From Octopus vulgaris (Eukaryota), in the NCBI GenBank assembly GCA_951406725.2, contig OX597815.1, forward strand, positions 113,894,001-113,958,000: a stretch of 64,000 nt of DNA, given 5' to 3'. The position numbers and the translations under genes were made by a program. Below the pieces are notes generated by a model. It saw only the letters and a list, made by a program, of their open reading frames with translations. It made no database searches and was not told the origin of the DNA. Below, piece by piece: positions 39,727 to 53,922 of the stretch (the stretch's first letter is position 1; each line of letters opens with the position of its first letter).

Positions 39727-41252
39727 CACACACATGCACAATTATTTTTACAAATACACAGGCATGCATACATAAATATGTTTTCCAAAAGTTGTTTTCA
39801 AATGCTGAAATTATTTTTGAAGCAACTTCCTCGCTTAAATCCTTGCTCATATATCACCTGCTCAGATGAAACTACTGAAGGTTTATCCACTGGTGTTAAA
39901 AAAAATAATTACTGCCAAAAAATGTTCATATTTTATTTCCATTATCACTGTTTAAACCCTGAAATTAGATTGAATTACATCCCAAATGTGCAATAAGCTT
40001 GCTTCAGTTACCATTTTTACACTGTCAATAGTTTAACATTAAAAAAGAAAAGAAAACTAAAATTTAAGGAATAAAGCTGGTAAAGTAGTTTAGGTTTTGT
40101 TAAGTACTATTAACATGTTGTTGAGATAAGAATTAAATGTATTTCTTTCTCATTAAGTTAGAAAGTTTTGTGTCTATGCCATGTGGTAGTGAAATATTGG
40201 CAGAATAAGACTTTGGAAAGATGTAAATTTTTGTGGAGAAATGATTTGGTAAAATATGTAGGAGATATTATTAGATGAGCGTCAACTATTTTGTTATCGC
40301 TCTTAGTGATTATAACAATAATAACAAAATCCAAACAAAGAATTAATGGTTTGACAGTGAGTGGATCAGTAGCTGGTGAGTGTGACCTTGCCTATCAGAA
40401 AGATAACCTGTTGCTAGAATTAGTTTAAGATAGTTATTTTGGTTGGTACACCATACAGGATATGTAAGCAGTATTCTTGTGTACTTTATAAAGGTCTTGC
40501 AGCAGTTCAGATTATTATTTTATTTTTATTATCATTTATAAAGAGCAACTTCAGCTTTCTGTAAGCTGAGTGATTAGAAATCATCCATGCTAATTCAACA
40601 GTAGAGTGTAATATAATTTTTTTTTTCAAGAATAAAGTGTTTTGTTTGGGCTTTGTGTGTGTGTGTGTGTGATACTTTGGTGAAATTAAACAAAGTTGTT
40701 AAGACCCTTCTGTTCCAAAATTATTTTAGCGATCCACATTTGTACATAATGACCAGGCTTATTAGTGATGTTAGTTAACCCCACCTCAGACTTACTGAAG
40801 CAGATCTTTAACATAAGGCATCCCAGTCATAACTATCTTGTCCATTTTTAGATAGTATACTTTGGATTATATTATCCTGTGTCTCCTCATTTAAAACTGT
40901 AGAGTGCGATTTGTTAGAAGCTTGGCAGTTATTTGTAGCATTTTGAGCAATCATGTAAAGGTTTCTTTGTGGTCGTGAGTTTTCCTAGATGCAATTTCAG
41001 CTTAGCTGGTTTGATGCAATCATTGCCTGAAACTTTAAATCAACTCAGATGTTGTAGAACTCTATCCTTCTTTTTCTTGATTAATAAATCCACTATAAAT
41101 ACATGGTGGTTCAGATCTAAGTTGGTAAATTTCTGTTTAAGTAATGTGTAATTACATTGAAATAAAGTATTAGTGCATATTTGCTATGTCCATACTGTCG
41201 AAGCAGACATAATGTTGGTCTTCCAAAGACTTTGAAAGAGGGTCACTTGAGA

Positions 41253-41452
41253 AAGACGTTAACTTTTTTAAAATAATCAATCTGAAAAGGCTATGTTAAA
41301 GGAAAGAATATAAGACACCTGTGAAAGATCAGTTCATATCATCTAAGACTACAGCATTTAGTGATATAAAAAGTGGAACATTATGAACTGAGCTATATAA
41401 ATCATGAAGCCCATTGTTTGAAATACCTCTACTCCTCCTCCTCTCTCCCTCG

Positions 41453-41506
<54 letters not shown>

Positions 41507-42201
41507 TCTATTCTATTCTATAACATCATTGCTATAAAACTTAAATATCTCTTTCACGGTAGGCTCAGTTTACAAATGATGAGTCTATATTTTATCTCAG
41601 ATTTCATTTTCTAGTAGTGTTCACTTACACTGGCTAGGCATTGGAATGTATGAGAGAGAGGGCAAAGGATCAACTGGTAAAGTTCTGATGGACCACTAAT
41701 GGTACATGAACCAATTGTTGAGAACCACTACAGGAATATAACTTCAACTAGAGACCACAAGTACTAAAATTAAGTAAAATACTTCAATGGGAATTGAACC
41801 TCTGTCACAAACCTGGTTCAGTAGCAAGTTACTGAGAGGACCTTACTAACATGCTCAGTTTCCTCACTGTCCTCTCTCTCTCTCATATATTCCAATGCCT
41901 AGCCAGTGTAATTGAACATCACTAGAACTTGAAATCTGAGATAAGATATAGATATCACTTGTATTAAGTTTTATAGCAATGATGTTATAGAATAGTTTCT
42001 TCTTGAGTATAGAATAGTGAGTGTGTGTGTGTAATATAAAGGTATTTCAAACAATGAGCTTTTTGATTTCATACTGTCCCACTTTTCACACCACTAAATG
42101 CAGTAGTCTTTCATGGTATGAATCGATCTTTCACAGGTGTCTATATAATTTCCTTTAACATAGCCTTTTCAGAATGGTTATTTCAAAAAAGCTAACATCT
42201 T
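41253..42201. repeat. About 950-bp inverted repeat (arms about 41253-41660 and 41872-42201)
   Basis: tctgaaaaggctatgttaaaggaaa / tttcctttaacatagccttttcaga; tacactggctaggcattggaat / attccaatgcctagccagtgta. Confidence 0.93.
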
Positions 42202-42508
42202 ACAGATAAGCCTTGTATTATTTATATAAAGGAAAATTGATATAGAAAAGGAGATTTATATATAACAGGACAATAGATTATCAAACACCCAGTGAATTAA
42301 TTGAGCATTAGACTGAATAATTTAAAGTATTTAGTTTTAGCCCACAGCTGACTTGAATTTTTTGGTCTCAAGTGTCAAATTTATTATGTAAACAGTTTTA
42401 TATTAGGTAGACTGGTGTCCTCATCTTGATTGCACTACATTTCAGGTGTTGTATGCTCCAACCCTCTGTTTGTGTTGAACTTGATTGTTGTATTGGAGTT
42501 CATCAAAA

Positions 42509-42553
42509 GACACCTGAAGAAGGCTGGAGTATAAAACAGCCAAAATGTTGTGC
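42509..42553 (+). ncRNA. Decayed minimal hammerhead-like motif
   Basis: gacac CTGAAGA a GGCTG-gagtataaaa-CAGCC AAAATGTT gtg; restoring CpGs gives cGAAACGTT. Confidence 0.55.
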
Positions 42554-44159
42554 AATCAGTTCGACTAATATAAAGACTATACATGATATAAACTCATTTC
42601 ACAAATATAGAATTGTGTTGTGGAATTGACTGTTTTATTTATCAGCCAACTTTACCATTGAAGTCTCCTTTATTTCTCATCAGTCTTCAGCAAGCCTTAC
42701 TGTTTGCCACTTCTTTCCCATTGTTATCATTCTTGTTACCCAATGTACTTCACTCTTCATTGGCCAGCTTTACCATTTGTTTGTCTTGTGTGATAGCTAC
42801 AGAAGATATGAAAGTGATAATTTAATTGTTTCTTCAAGGCTTTTCAAAAGTATAATCAGCTTATCTTCACTAGTAAAGACCATTCTAATGTAGGCCTTTC
42901 TAACATTGCTAATACATTTGATAATTGCTTTCCAATATTGTTGATAACATTAAAAACAAGCCTTTCTATTATAGGCACAAGGCTTGAAATTTTGGGAGGG
43001 GACTAGTCAATTACATCAACCCCAGCATTTCACTGATACCTGTTTCATCGACCCCAAAAGGATGAAAGGCAAAGTCAACCTTGGTGGAATTTGAAATCAG
43101 AATGTAACAATGGGTGAAATACCACTAAGCATTTGTGTGCTAATGATTCTGCCAGCTTACCACCTTGATAACATTGGAAACAATATAACCATCTTTACAC
43201 ATGGAAACTTCCATGTCTTTGTTAAGCTAAATTCCAACTATTTCCACCTACCATACATTAGTCTTAGAAGTTTTATTTCATCATTAAAAGTCAACAATAA
43301 GATTGATTCTTTAAATACACCAGTAAAAATACTGAAACTTTTTATTAGTTTCTATGAAATAATTCTCATGTGATGACATTAGTTTCATATAAAGTCAAGA
43401 ATAAATATATGTAAATTATTTCAGTAATGGCTCAGTCAAACTTTGTCAAATCCAATGTATTCCTGGTGCTCATTTTACCAATCTAGAAAAAACAAAAGGT
43501 AAACTGATTGGAGCAGAATGAAAAATGGAACTCTTTCCTAAATGAAGATAAACTATTCAATTTTGTGGGCTCATAAGATGAACCTAGCTCTTCAGGCTTA
43601 GATCACTGAATGGAGGAAATCAAAGCATGTCATAAGGTGTTTTTGATATAGTAGCAACAACAATGTTATAATTAAAACAGTTATGCTATAGATTTGGGCC
43701 AGCTTGACTTTATATGGAACTAATGTCATCACATGAGAATTACTTCATAGAAACTATTTCTATGAGTCATTTAAGTAATGAAAAGGACTCATTGTGACTT
43801 AAATAGGAAATTACTACTTATGCCAAAAGTATCAGTAGTGTCCTACATGTCTCTGAGGGCAATGCTACTCTTTCATGCTATTGATATTCAGATTAGAGAA
43901 TTGGTATGCTTTGTTTCTTAAAATTTCATTTGCAGTTGTTTTGCTCCAGGCCTGCCTGATCCAATAGTCATAATCTGTAGTTTCCTGTTATGACCCGCCG
44001 ATCTTTCTTATTCAGTGTATTCAGGAATACATTATTCACTGTATCCTTGCCTTTATAACACAGTAGGGTGTGCTTTGAAGGAAATTTGGCTGCTGGCTGC
44101 TCCATGTATGGGGCTCCCTTTTTTGACTTAATTTGTTATAAAACTTACACTGGAGTATT

Positions 44160-44665
44160 TTTATCTTTTACTTGTTTCAGTCATTGGACTGCAGCCATGC
44201 TGAGGCAGTTTTGAAGGGTTTGGTTGAATGAATCAACCCAAATGCTTATTTTTTTTAAACCTGGTACTTATTCTATTGGTTTCTTATGTTGAACTGTTAA
44301 GTTACAGGGATATAAACAAACTAACACCAGTTGTTCAGTATACGGGGTGAGGGACACAAAGACACACCTCTAAGATTAGTGGGAATAAGGGAGGAAGTAA
44401 TTTTCAAACATACTGGACTCCACTAAAAGCACTCCAGGGACCAAGTGGCAATGTTACACTGGTTAACACATTAAATCTATTTCCACCCAAAACAGAAAGG
44501 ATCCTTCTGAGGTGTTACCACACAGTTTCCATCTAAATTTCACTAAATTTCATTCACATGGCTTTCACTCAACTTGAGGATTTGACAGAAGATTCCTTCC
44601 CAACATGCTATACAGTAAGACTGACCCTAAAACCACGTAGCTGTGAAAAGAAATTTATAAGCACA
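44160..44665 (-). mobile_element. Old diverged family A-related SINE; another at about 27980-28465
   Basis: Tail ttttacttgtttcagtcatt.gactgcagccatgctg and decayed core. Confidence 0.7.
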
Positions 44666-46417
44666 TCACCAGCCTGTTGGTGTATATAAATAACAGAAAG
44701 GTCTTCCTAAAATAACTGGCTTAGATAGCTTGTAATCAGTGCTTTATCTTGTGGGGTCTTTTTTTTTTTTGCAATAGGTGGATAAAATTATAGTAAATTT
44801 AATTAGTACATAAGAGAGGTTAGTCTCATCTGTCTTTATTCACTTTCTTTCAAAATGATATTATCCTGTGTCTATTGCAAATGGATTAGTCTGCTTTTTT
44901 TTTCTATTGTTGTTATTTGTTTCTTTTGTGAGGTTTCCTTCTTAACTCTAAAAATAGGAATAAGAATTCCTTTAACTCTATTCATTGAGCTGGATTGTAT
45001 TTTTATGTCAAGAAAGCAACCCAGGTGCAAACACTAAACCTAGCATCAGATACACTAGTTAACTGGGTGGATTAAATTTGTTTTGTAATGTACGTCTGTT
45101 TCCAAGTAATTTGATACAGATAATAACACTGAGCATAGTTTGTACAATAGAGTGTGTCTTTGTGTATGCATCTGTGAGCACTCAAGACTACACATAAACA
45201 CCGTCTATGATAGTATTCCTTGAGTTTGATAAAATCAATTTATTCTGTAGCTAGACAACTATTCTATGAATTCAATTGAAAAAAAAAAAAAAGATCCTGT
45301 TATTTTGCTGATATTCATCTTTTTTTTTATTTATATATATATATATATATATAAACCAAGTATATAGACCGAATAATTTTTTCTTGATATTTTATGTTCA
45401 TTTTATTTCTGCGTCAGTAATTAAGATATATCATATTTCACTGCTGCATTGGAGGAAATTTATTTCCACATATGCATTGTGCATACCCAACCCCCATACA
45501 CACATGTCTAAGATTAATGAATCTCAGATTCATGTCTTTAAATGAATTTCTTAAACTGTGTGCTCATTGTTAAAATAAATATATTCTACTGATTTTTTAT
45601 TGTAATGTTCTATTGTAATCCTATTTTGTTTCACTTTTTCTCTTTTGACTTTATTTTTGAGATTTATTTATTTTTTTTTTGTGGGGATTGGTGAAGAGAA
45701 AATTAGATTTTTTTTATATCCAAGAGTAAAATTCTTGAGTAAAATAGTGTAATTTCATCATCTTTGCAAGAAGATCATTTATATCTTTGAACTAGTTTAT
45801 GTTCGTTATGTTTGTGTATACTTAGTATATTAAATCTATTCCATGGTTTCACAAGTTCTTCACCTTTTTATCATGACTATGTATTGAACATGTTCATATC
45901 AATATACAATGACAAAAAACAATAAACAAAAGCATTTTATGCTTTTGTGTGTATGTACACACCTACACTCATATATAGGGCACACAAGAACCACGCTTTC
46001 TCAGTCGCTGACTACTCATTTGCAAGGCACCATTACAAGATCAAACATGAAACAAAACTTGATAGAAAAGCATATGTTGTTAACATTACCATCTTATACA
46101 GACTTCCCCCCCCCCCACCTCCAAAAAAAAAAGAAAAGAAAAAGATTAAATATGGAAGTTTTATTAACTTTAAAATATAAACCAAAAATTAACTCAAAAA
46201 TAGTCTCCTAGCAATTAACTAGAAACTTCCACTGGATTCAAAAAGTAACTTAGTGTTTATTAAAGATGTTTAATCTGGCAATGATGATTTTATCAGTTTC
46301 AACATTATTCCCTTGATTCTTGCTGTCCACTACAAAAATGCAGCTATAAAATAATCCTACTACTGTCAACACTTCATTCAGAAAAATGGGACAAAGGCCT
46401 AGAAATATTAATTGATT

Positions 46418-46748
46418 TACTGGCACTTGTGCTGGTGACATGTGAAAAAACATTTGAGTGAGGTCATTGCCAGTGCTGCTGGACTGGCTCCTGTGCAAGT
46501 GGCACATAAAAAGCACCATTTGAACATGACTGTTGCCAGTACTGCCTGACTGGCCCTTGTGCCGGTGGCACGTAAAAGCACCCACTACACTCTTGAAGTG
46601 GTTGGCTTTAGGAAGGGCATCCAGCTGTAGAAACTCTGCCAGATCAGATTGGAGTCTGATGTAGCCATCTGGTTTGCCAGACCTCAGTCAAATCGTCCAA
46701 CCCATGCTAGCATGGAAAGTGGACGTTAAACAATTATGATGATGATGA
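46418..46748 (+). mobile_element. Retroposon family B copy
   Basis: Same blocks. Confidence 0.85.
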
Positions 46749-47050
46749 TATTGTTACTAACTAAACATAAGGAACAATAATTACTAACAAAAGGATTAAA
46801 TTCGAACACAGTTGTGTCTTTAATATAATTGGTTGAAAGAAAAAGAAAATATCTTCCTTATAAACATGCACATTTCCAAAGCTAAGGTTTTGAATGTATA
46901 TGTCATTATTTATTTCATGTTATTGATTGTAACTTGAGGAACATCAAAGAAATTGTCAACTTAGCAATGTAGTGAAGTCTCAGACTCAAATGAATTAATA
47001 AATACAACTGTACATATTAAGTATTTTCATTTCCTTTCTCTTTTTCATAG

Positions 47051-47192
47051 AGTTTCAGTCAGCCGACGGACGTTTGGCCCTGGAAATGTTAATGTCCATG
47101 CATGGTTTTCAAGCTCACCCCATCTAACGAAATGCATTTGGTCAATGGCTGTAGATCAACATCGGTTTTGCTTAGATCGAAGAGACAATAAA
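47051..47192 (+). CDS. FRMD4: Coding exon of FRMD4-like gene (end of FERM C-lobe): VSVSRRTFGPGNVNVHAWFSSSPHLTKCIWSMAVDQHRFCLDRRDNK
   Basis: Acceptor ttcctttctctttttcatAG, donor aaa|GTAAGC; 142 nt, phase 2 to 0. Matches FRMD4A/B SVSRRTFG...IKSIWAMAISQHQFYLDRKQSK (recalled). Confidence 0.95.
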
Positions 47193-48547
47193 GTAAGCTT
47201 AAATCATTTGTATTGCACTTGTTTATATATGTACAGTCAAATGTAGACTTTATTTATTTTTACTAAGGATGAACTAATTACTAAAAGTGAAGTTAGAAAA
47301 ATCTAAATAGATATAGTATCAGGCTTTCATTTCATTACATTATACTGTAAAAGAGTCTAACTTTACTTGCTTCAACATAACTAGTTCAAATTCAATTTTC
47401 AGTTGGTAGACCATGAAGTCTAGATAACATATAAAGTGATGTATAAAGCCATAATCAAGTGATGTGTTATGAGTGGTATTGCAGCAACCAGCAACCTGTG
47501 AAAGCTAGAATTTAAAAAATATGAAATCAACAAGAAATTGATGTAAAAACCAAACTTGTGAATTTCACTAGAATTCTTTGTAAGAACAAGAAATACATGT
47601 AAAATATACAAAGCATTAGGGAAGTAAAGTAGATTTAAAATGTTATTAGCTGCCTTCAGGAAACTGTAATTTATATAGATAGTCTATATTCCAGGGGAAA
47701 GGTTATATAATTATTAGCTATATAATTACTGTCATTTCTATTATTTATTTGTCATTCCTCTCACTGGAATTTCAGTTTGTTTATTGCTGTATATTACTTC
47801 TACTACTACGTTGTGACATAAAGAAAAAATAAATTGGATTAAATGAAATTGATTCATTACATTATTTCCAATTTTATGCCAAATCTTAATGCTAACAGAG
47901 ATAAACATTTTACACCAGGTTTTTCGAATCAAACCTGGAATTCTATTTTTATCACATCTTATCTATCAGGTCTTGCCAGATGTGTTCATCCCCAAACTTC
48001 CAAAATGGCCAAAACACTGTTTCTGTAGGTTAGCTACTTATTTGTGATTGTGTCAACTTATCAACATCCTGTTGATTAGATTAGTTGTCCATTCATTTAT
48101 TTTTATTTTATATCACATACTAGTTAAATTGTCATTTACTTGTGCTTCAATTTGAAAAGGAAATTATTTTTAATAATAATACTGACTTGTAACAGTTCTC
48201 AAGGCTACATATATAAACGAGGAATTTAATTAATTAACTCCAGTATATTTCTTGTAATTATTTTATAATCTCCATAAAAAAGTTGACTCTTGTGCAGTTT
48301 TAATCCAAGATTTAAATAATTAAAAAAAAAAAATTAACTTTGTGAAAAAAAGTTAGCTCTATTCTCTTACATAATGATAAAATAAATTGCACAACAATAA
48401 GTATCAATGAAGAATCCCCATGCTAAATCGCCATTTTACCCTGTCAGGGGAATTTGAGGATAAAATGCATGTGTCTCTTGAACAATTCGAATTCAGAGAG
48501 AGCATAGGGGCATGAAATCCTGTCACTCTAATATTTTTGCTACTCCG

Positions 48548-48708
48548 TGGATGTGTGATAAGTAGCTTGCTTACTAACCACATGGTTCTGGGTTCAGTCC
48601 CACTGCATGGCATCTTCGGCAAGTGTCTTCTACTTTAGCCTCGGGCCAACCAAAGCCTTGTGAGTGGATTTAGTTGACAGAAACTGAAAGAAGCCTGTCG
48701 TATATATG

Positions 48709-48739
<31 letters not shown>

Positions 48740-48943
48740 GTTTGTGTGTCTGTGTTTGTCCCCCCAGCATCGCTTGACAACTGATGCTGGTGTGTTTATG
48801 TCCCCGTAACTTAGCAGTTTGGCAAAGAGACTGATAGAATAAGTACTAGGCTTACAAAGAATAAGTCCTGGGGGTTAATTTGCTCGACTAAAGGCGGTGC
48901 TCCAGCATGGCCACAGTCAAATGACTGAAGCAAGTAAAAGAGT
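48548..48943 (+). mobile_element. SINE family A copy
   Basis: Same sequence blocks. Confidence 0.9.
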
Positions 48944-49199
48944 GTTATTTAATAAAGATGGATTAGAATAATGATATAAATATACTAATGAAGTCATAAT
49001 GTAATACAATTATGAATGACATCCTGAATCAAATTTTGGGGAAAACACAACACTGACGTAATACTTCTCTAACAGCCGTTGACGAGTAGCACTTCCTAAT
49101 TATGTCAATGTAACAGTGATGTTAATTGGTCTACTTATTAAGTTGTTGATTAGGGAAGTAATTTTGTCATTGAATGTTTCCTTTTTTTTTTTAATCTAG

Positions 49200-49350
49200 T
49201 CTTATCTTCAAACTGCTCGCAGCATGAGTGAGATTGTGGCTGAACTGTCACAGAGCTCAACATCTCTGTCAGGATCTGGTGCATCGGATTTAAGTCGCAG
49301 TACCAGCTCTCATAGTCTGCCCAGCCTCTTCTCGACTTCCCGGTATGACG
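49200..49350 (+). CDS. FRMD4: Coding exon of FRMD4-like gene (post-FERM Ser-rich linker): SYLQTARSMSEIVAELSQSSTSLSGSGASDLSRSTSSHSLPSLFSTSRYD
   Basis: Poly-T acceptor ...ttaatctAG, donor g|GTAAGA; 151 nt, phase 0 to 1, in frame with the previous exon. ARSMSEI aligns with FRMD4A ARSLSEIAIDL (recalled). Confidence 0.9.
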
Positions 49351-50777
49351 GTAAGAATCCTGGATTTCTCTGAAAATTTCAAAATATTTGTATACTGTCT
49401 TGTTCATGTGTTACATTATATGTGTAGCCATTTTGTTATTTAAGTAATAATAGTGGAAAGCATAATTTTAAGCTGAACTTTATTGTGTGTATGTTAGGGT
49501 GTTTGTATATATAAATATGTATATTTGTGTGTGTGTGTGTATATATATATAGATAGATATAGATAGATAGATAGATAGATAATTTTTCAAAGCTGTCAAC
49601 TTTTCCCTTATAAAAATTGAGTAGTCCTTTAATTTAATGCTAAATTGTTCTTATATATAACATGACATAAAAAAATATATAGTATATATCTATATTATAA
49701 ATGTATATAATGTATATATAAAACCAGTTAATGTGTATGATCTATGCTGGCATGGTTTGGACACACACACATAAACATTATGATTTACCAAATGAAAATG
49801 TGGAATTAACTGTGTTATGAATAACAATATTAAGGCTATATAGATTAAGTGGATCCAACTAGAACTGAATCTAGACTGACAATTTAATTCAGAAAACAAA
49901 CATGTTCTGTTCAACAACACATATGCAATAATTTGTTTACCTACAATTGTTATATTTTAAGATATTGAGCGGGATTTTCTTGAACAAAATAAAAATAGGT
50001 TTATCACTTTTGTCTGAAATGTTTTTCCTTCCTAGTATGGGTTAGACTAATATAGTATTGAGGTGTTATTTTACAGCGAGATGCTCTTCTTTTTGCTCAT
50101 TGTATAGATATATACATATATATCACCATCATCATTTAACATCCTCTTTTCCATACGGGTATGTGTTGGTCAGTTTGACAAGAACAGATGAGCCAGAGAG
50201 TTCTGCCAGATTTTGTTTGCTTTGGTATGATGTCCTTCCTAAGTTCACAGCCTTGTAAAAATTATTATTTTATATATATATATATATCCCTCTCTCTCTC
50301 TCTCTCTCTCAGAGAGGCACAAGCACCTACACAAACATATACACACACAGCAGTAACTTCTGCCTACCAAATTCAATCACAAAGCTTCGGTTGGCCCGGG
50401 GCTAAAGCAGAAGACACTTGCCCAAAGTGCCATGTAGCTAGGAAGCTAGGAAGCAAGTTTCCTAACCACACAACCATGCCCGTGCCAATTATTTTATATA
50501 TACACACACATATATATATATAAACAGTTTTAACATTACACTTTCTCATTCTTTGTCTCCCCACTCCATCTCACTTATTCTTGTTGATTTCACAACCTGT
50601 AAGAGTTCTTCTATGCAATAGTGAACCATTCTTTCACGGCTACGTTTCTAATAAAGAATACACTACTTGTGTTCATATTAATTTTCCAAATCAAGGTTGT
50701 AATATTCCTTTTGATATATTTGTATATCAAGCTTGTATTTGGGATTGGGACTTTTACCCTTTAAAATCTTACATTAT

Positions 50778-51217
50778 AGGCGCAGGCATGGCTGTGTGGT
50801 AAGAAGTTTGCTTCCAACCACATGGTTCTGGGATCAGTCCCACAGTGTGGCACCTTGGGCGAGTGTCTTCTACGATAGCCTCAAGCCAACCAAAACCTTG
50901 CAAGTGGATTTGGTAGATGGAAACTGGAAGAAACCCATTGTGTGTGTGTGTGTGTGTATGTATATATATATATATACACACACATACATACACATATATG
51001 TGTATATTTGTGTCTGTGTGTGTCACCCCACCATCACTTGACAACAGGTGTTGGCATGTTTACATCCCTGTAACTTAGCAGTTTGGCAAAAGAGACCAAT
51101 AGAATAAGTACCAGGCTTACAAAGAATAAGTCCTGGGGTTGATTTCTTTGACTAAAGGTGGTGTTCCTGCATGGTCGTAGTCAAATGACTGAAACAAGTA
51201 AAAGAATAAAAGAATAA
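50778..51217 (+). mobile_element. SINE family A copy; inverted partial copy at about 50350-50487
   Basis: Same sequence blocks. Confidence 0.88.
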
Positions 51218-53885
51218 AAAAATATTAATCATGTTGGAATGTTTGTAATTTAATCTGTTGGCATCTAAACTTGTCAGATCCTGCCTCTCACACTTAGCTT
51301 ACACTGTTATACTATAAATAAACAATCACATGATCAAAATCTCAATACTATAAGATAATGCATGGTTAAATTCAAAACAATGTGAATAAATAAGAATTAT
51401 ATTTGACAGAATAATCTGAATGCTAAAGCGTTGAGCATGAACACTTTAATTGCAGGCGGTCTTCAGAGTAGTTTGATATAACGGAAGACTAAGGGTAGTT
51501 TGGAGTAGTTTTGCATCAAAAGGCTTATTGTAGGGATTACACGTTTTATTGCTCTAAGCCTTTCAAAAATCTCAGAATAAAGTCTATAAGGATTTGTTTG
51601 AAAACCAAGATCTCATAATTACACATTGTATTTGATTTACAATCTTTGTGCCATATGTTAGCTCGGAGGCAATCATGACATTTTTAACAAAAATAAAATC
51701 TATTGATTTTACAATTTAGGGAAATTTTGTTTCTTTTTCTTTATGATCATAATTTATATTTAATTGTAAACATTCTTTTTAAAATTTGATTTGAATAATA
51801 CATAATTTTTTTAAAAATCAATGAAAGTAGATTTTATTCTTTGGCTTGGAAGAGGTATCTGTGCTCATGATCTTTGCAAGCCTTATGAGACAAGTGAAAT
51901 GGATGTAGTTAATATTCTTCTTGAATAGTTTTAGGAAACATATGCAGAGAGTGGATTTCAGAGGGCTAATATTCTGGGAAAGAAAGACTGAGTGATGTGG
52001 TTATTTCCAGACTTGATGGGTTTAACCACTTAGAGGACTTGGGATTGTGAGTTTTGGTTGTGTGGGATATGGAGAGTAAGTGCTGAAGAGGATTGTTCCA
52101 GTCAACTACCTGGTTGTTTTTAGTGGTTTAGGGGTGCAGCATATATGCTGTTTGGAAGAGTTGGCATAGAATTAGTATAGATGCTGAACTAGTAATTGTT
52201 TAGTGGAGATTGGGGTTGGAGGTGAATAGATCAGTAGTGTCTGAAATATTTGTACATTGATCTTGGATGCATGTAGGAGTTGAAATTAGTTGGTGTTGAA
52301 AATTGAGGATTTTGAAAGATTTGAATTCTATACTAGCAACATCAAGATAGGATGACTATGGGAGCCAAAAAGAGTTTTGAGTATTGGAGCCTGTGCGGAG
52401 AGTGTCAGGGAGATAGATGTCTTCAATGCAGGCAGAGATACTGTTGAAGATTTGTTAATGGCTGGAGGAGTCTGCAAAGTGGAAGAAGAAGCAGATACAT
52501 TTGGAGTAGGAAAGAGAGACTTTGTGCTAGAGTAACTGGAAGTCTAAGTAAGACAGGTGGATGGAATCTGCACTTTTACATCTTTTAATTTGAAATTTAA
52601 ATACAGCCTTACCTGGACAGCAAAGATATATCATAAAGTAGGTAAAGGTTGGGAGATTTTAATTCAATGAAGAATAAGATATGTGGTTGATGAGTTAGTA
52701 AGTAGTAATGTGTCAGGTCTAGGTTGAATTGAAGTTCATGGATGTTAAAAAGGAGAGAGAATTATCTAACATAAGTAATTCTAATTTTAAACAATTTTTT
52801 TTCATTTATTTTGAATGGGATTTGTCATAAATGTTGTATACAATATTACACAATGTTTAATAGCTATATAACATACAGAATGAACTGTAATGGTCAAAAT
52901 TTGTGTATATCACCAAAATATTATTGTAGATTTCTTAATATATCTCTTACGTTTTTGTTATGTTCTTTCTCTTTCTAATTCTTTCACTAACTGTGAAACC
53001 TTTGAAGATTTCTTGAGCAAAGAGGCATGAAGAATTTAGGGAAGGTCAAGTTTGTTTAATGATAATGTTTTCTTTGAAATTTTACCACCTCTGTCATAAT
53101 GAGGATAACATGCAGAGATAAGAATTTTCTGAATACAGGGTCCTTACAAAGGAAACAGTGACCTTGTTATTTTGGATGAAGTTTGATAGATATATTGTTG
53201 ATCTAATAAAATAGGGAGTTTGTGAGTGGTTAGTTTTGACTGAGATGAAGAATGACTGCAGACATCTAAAGATATTAGTTAAGGATGCTATGAAACGCTT
53301 GGCAGGCACTTTACTGAAAGTCAAAAGAATATCTTGAAAAAAAAAAGAAAAACTTGTATTATGACAGGAACGATAGTAGGTAGAGAAGTACATAACTCTC
53401 TATATAGTGTAACTGTTCCCTCTTTATAAGCCAATGGGAAGACCTCTGATTGATCTACTAAAAATAGCATCCAAATTTCCCTTAAATCATATTGTACAGT
53501 CTTCATATAGAGAAGGAAAAATTGGATGTAATGTTAAATATACCGTTTGAATAGAAACAAACAAACAAAAAAAAATGATAGTTATGCCTTTAATCATAGA
53601 AAAATTCCTGTCATATACAGAAATGTGTGTGTGTGAGCATGCACACATGCACATTTAAGTTTATGTCTCTGTGTCTCAACATAACATGATAGTTATGAAT
53701 GTCATGGACATACAAGCAGTGTCATTCATTTTCTATATTCTGTGATAACATGTCTGGCTATAGGGAAATATTATATAGCTTGGAAACTGGTGAGGTTTGG
53801 GAACAGAAAGGGCATCCCACCATAGAAAATCTACTTCAGATAAGCTCCGTCTGATCTGCAAGCATGAAAAAAATGAAGGATGTTG

Positions 53886-53922
<37 letters not shown>

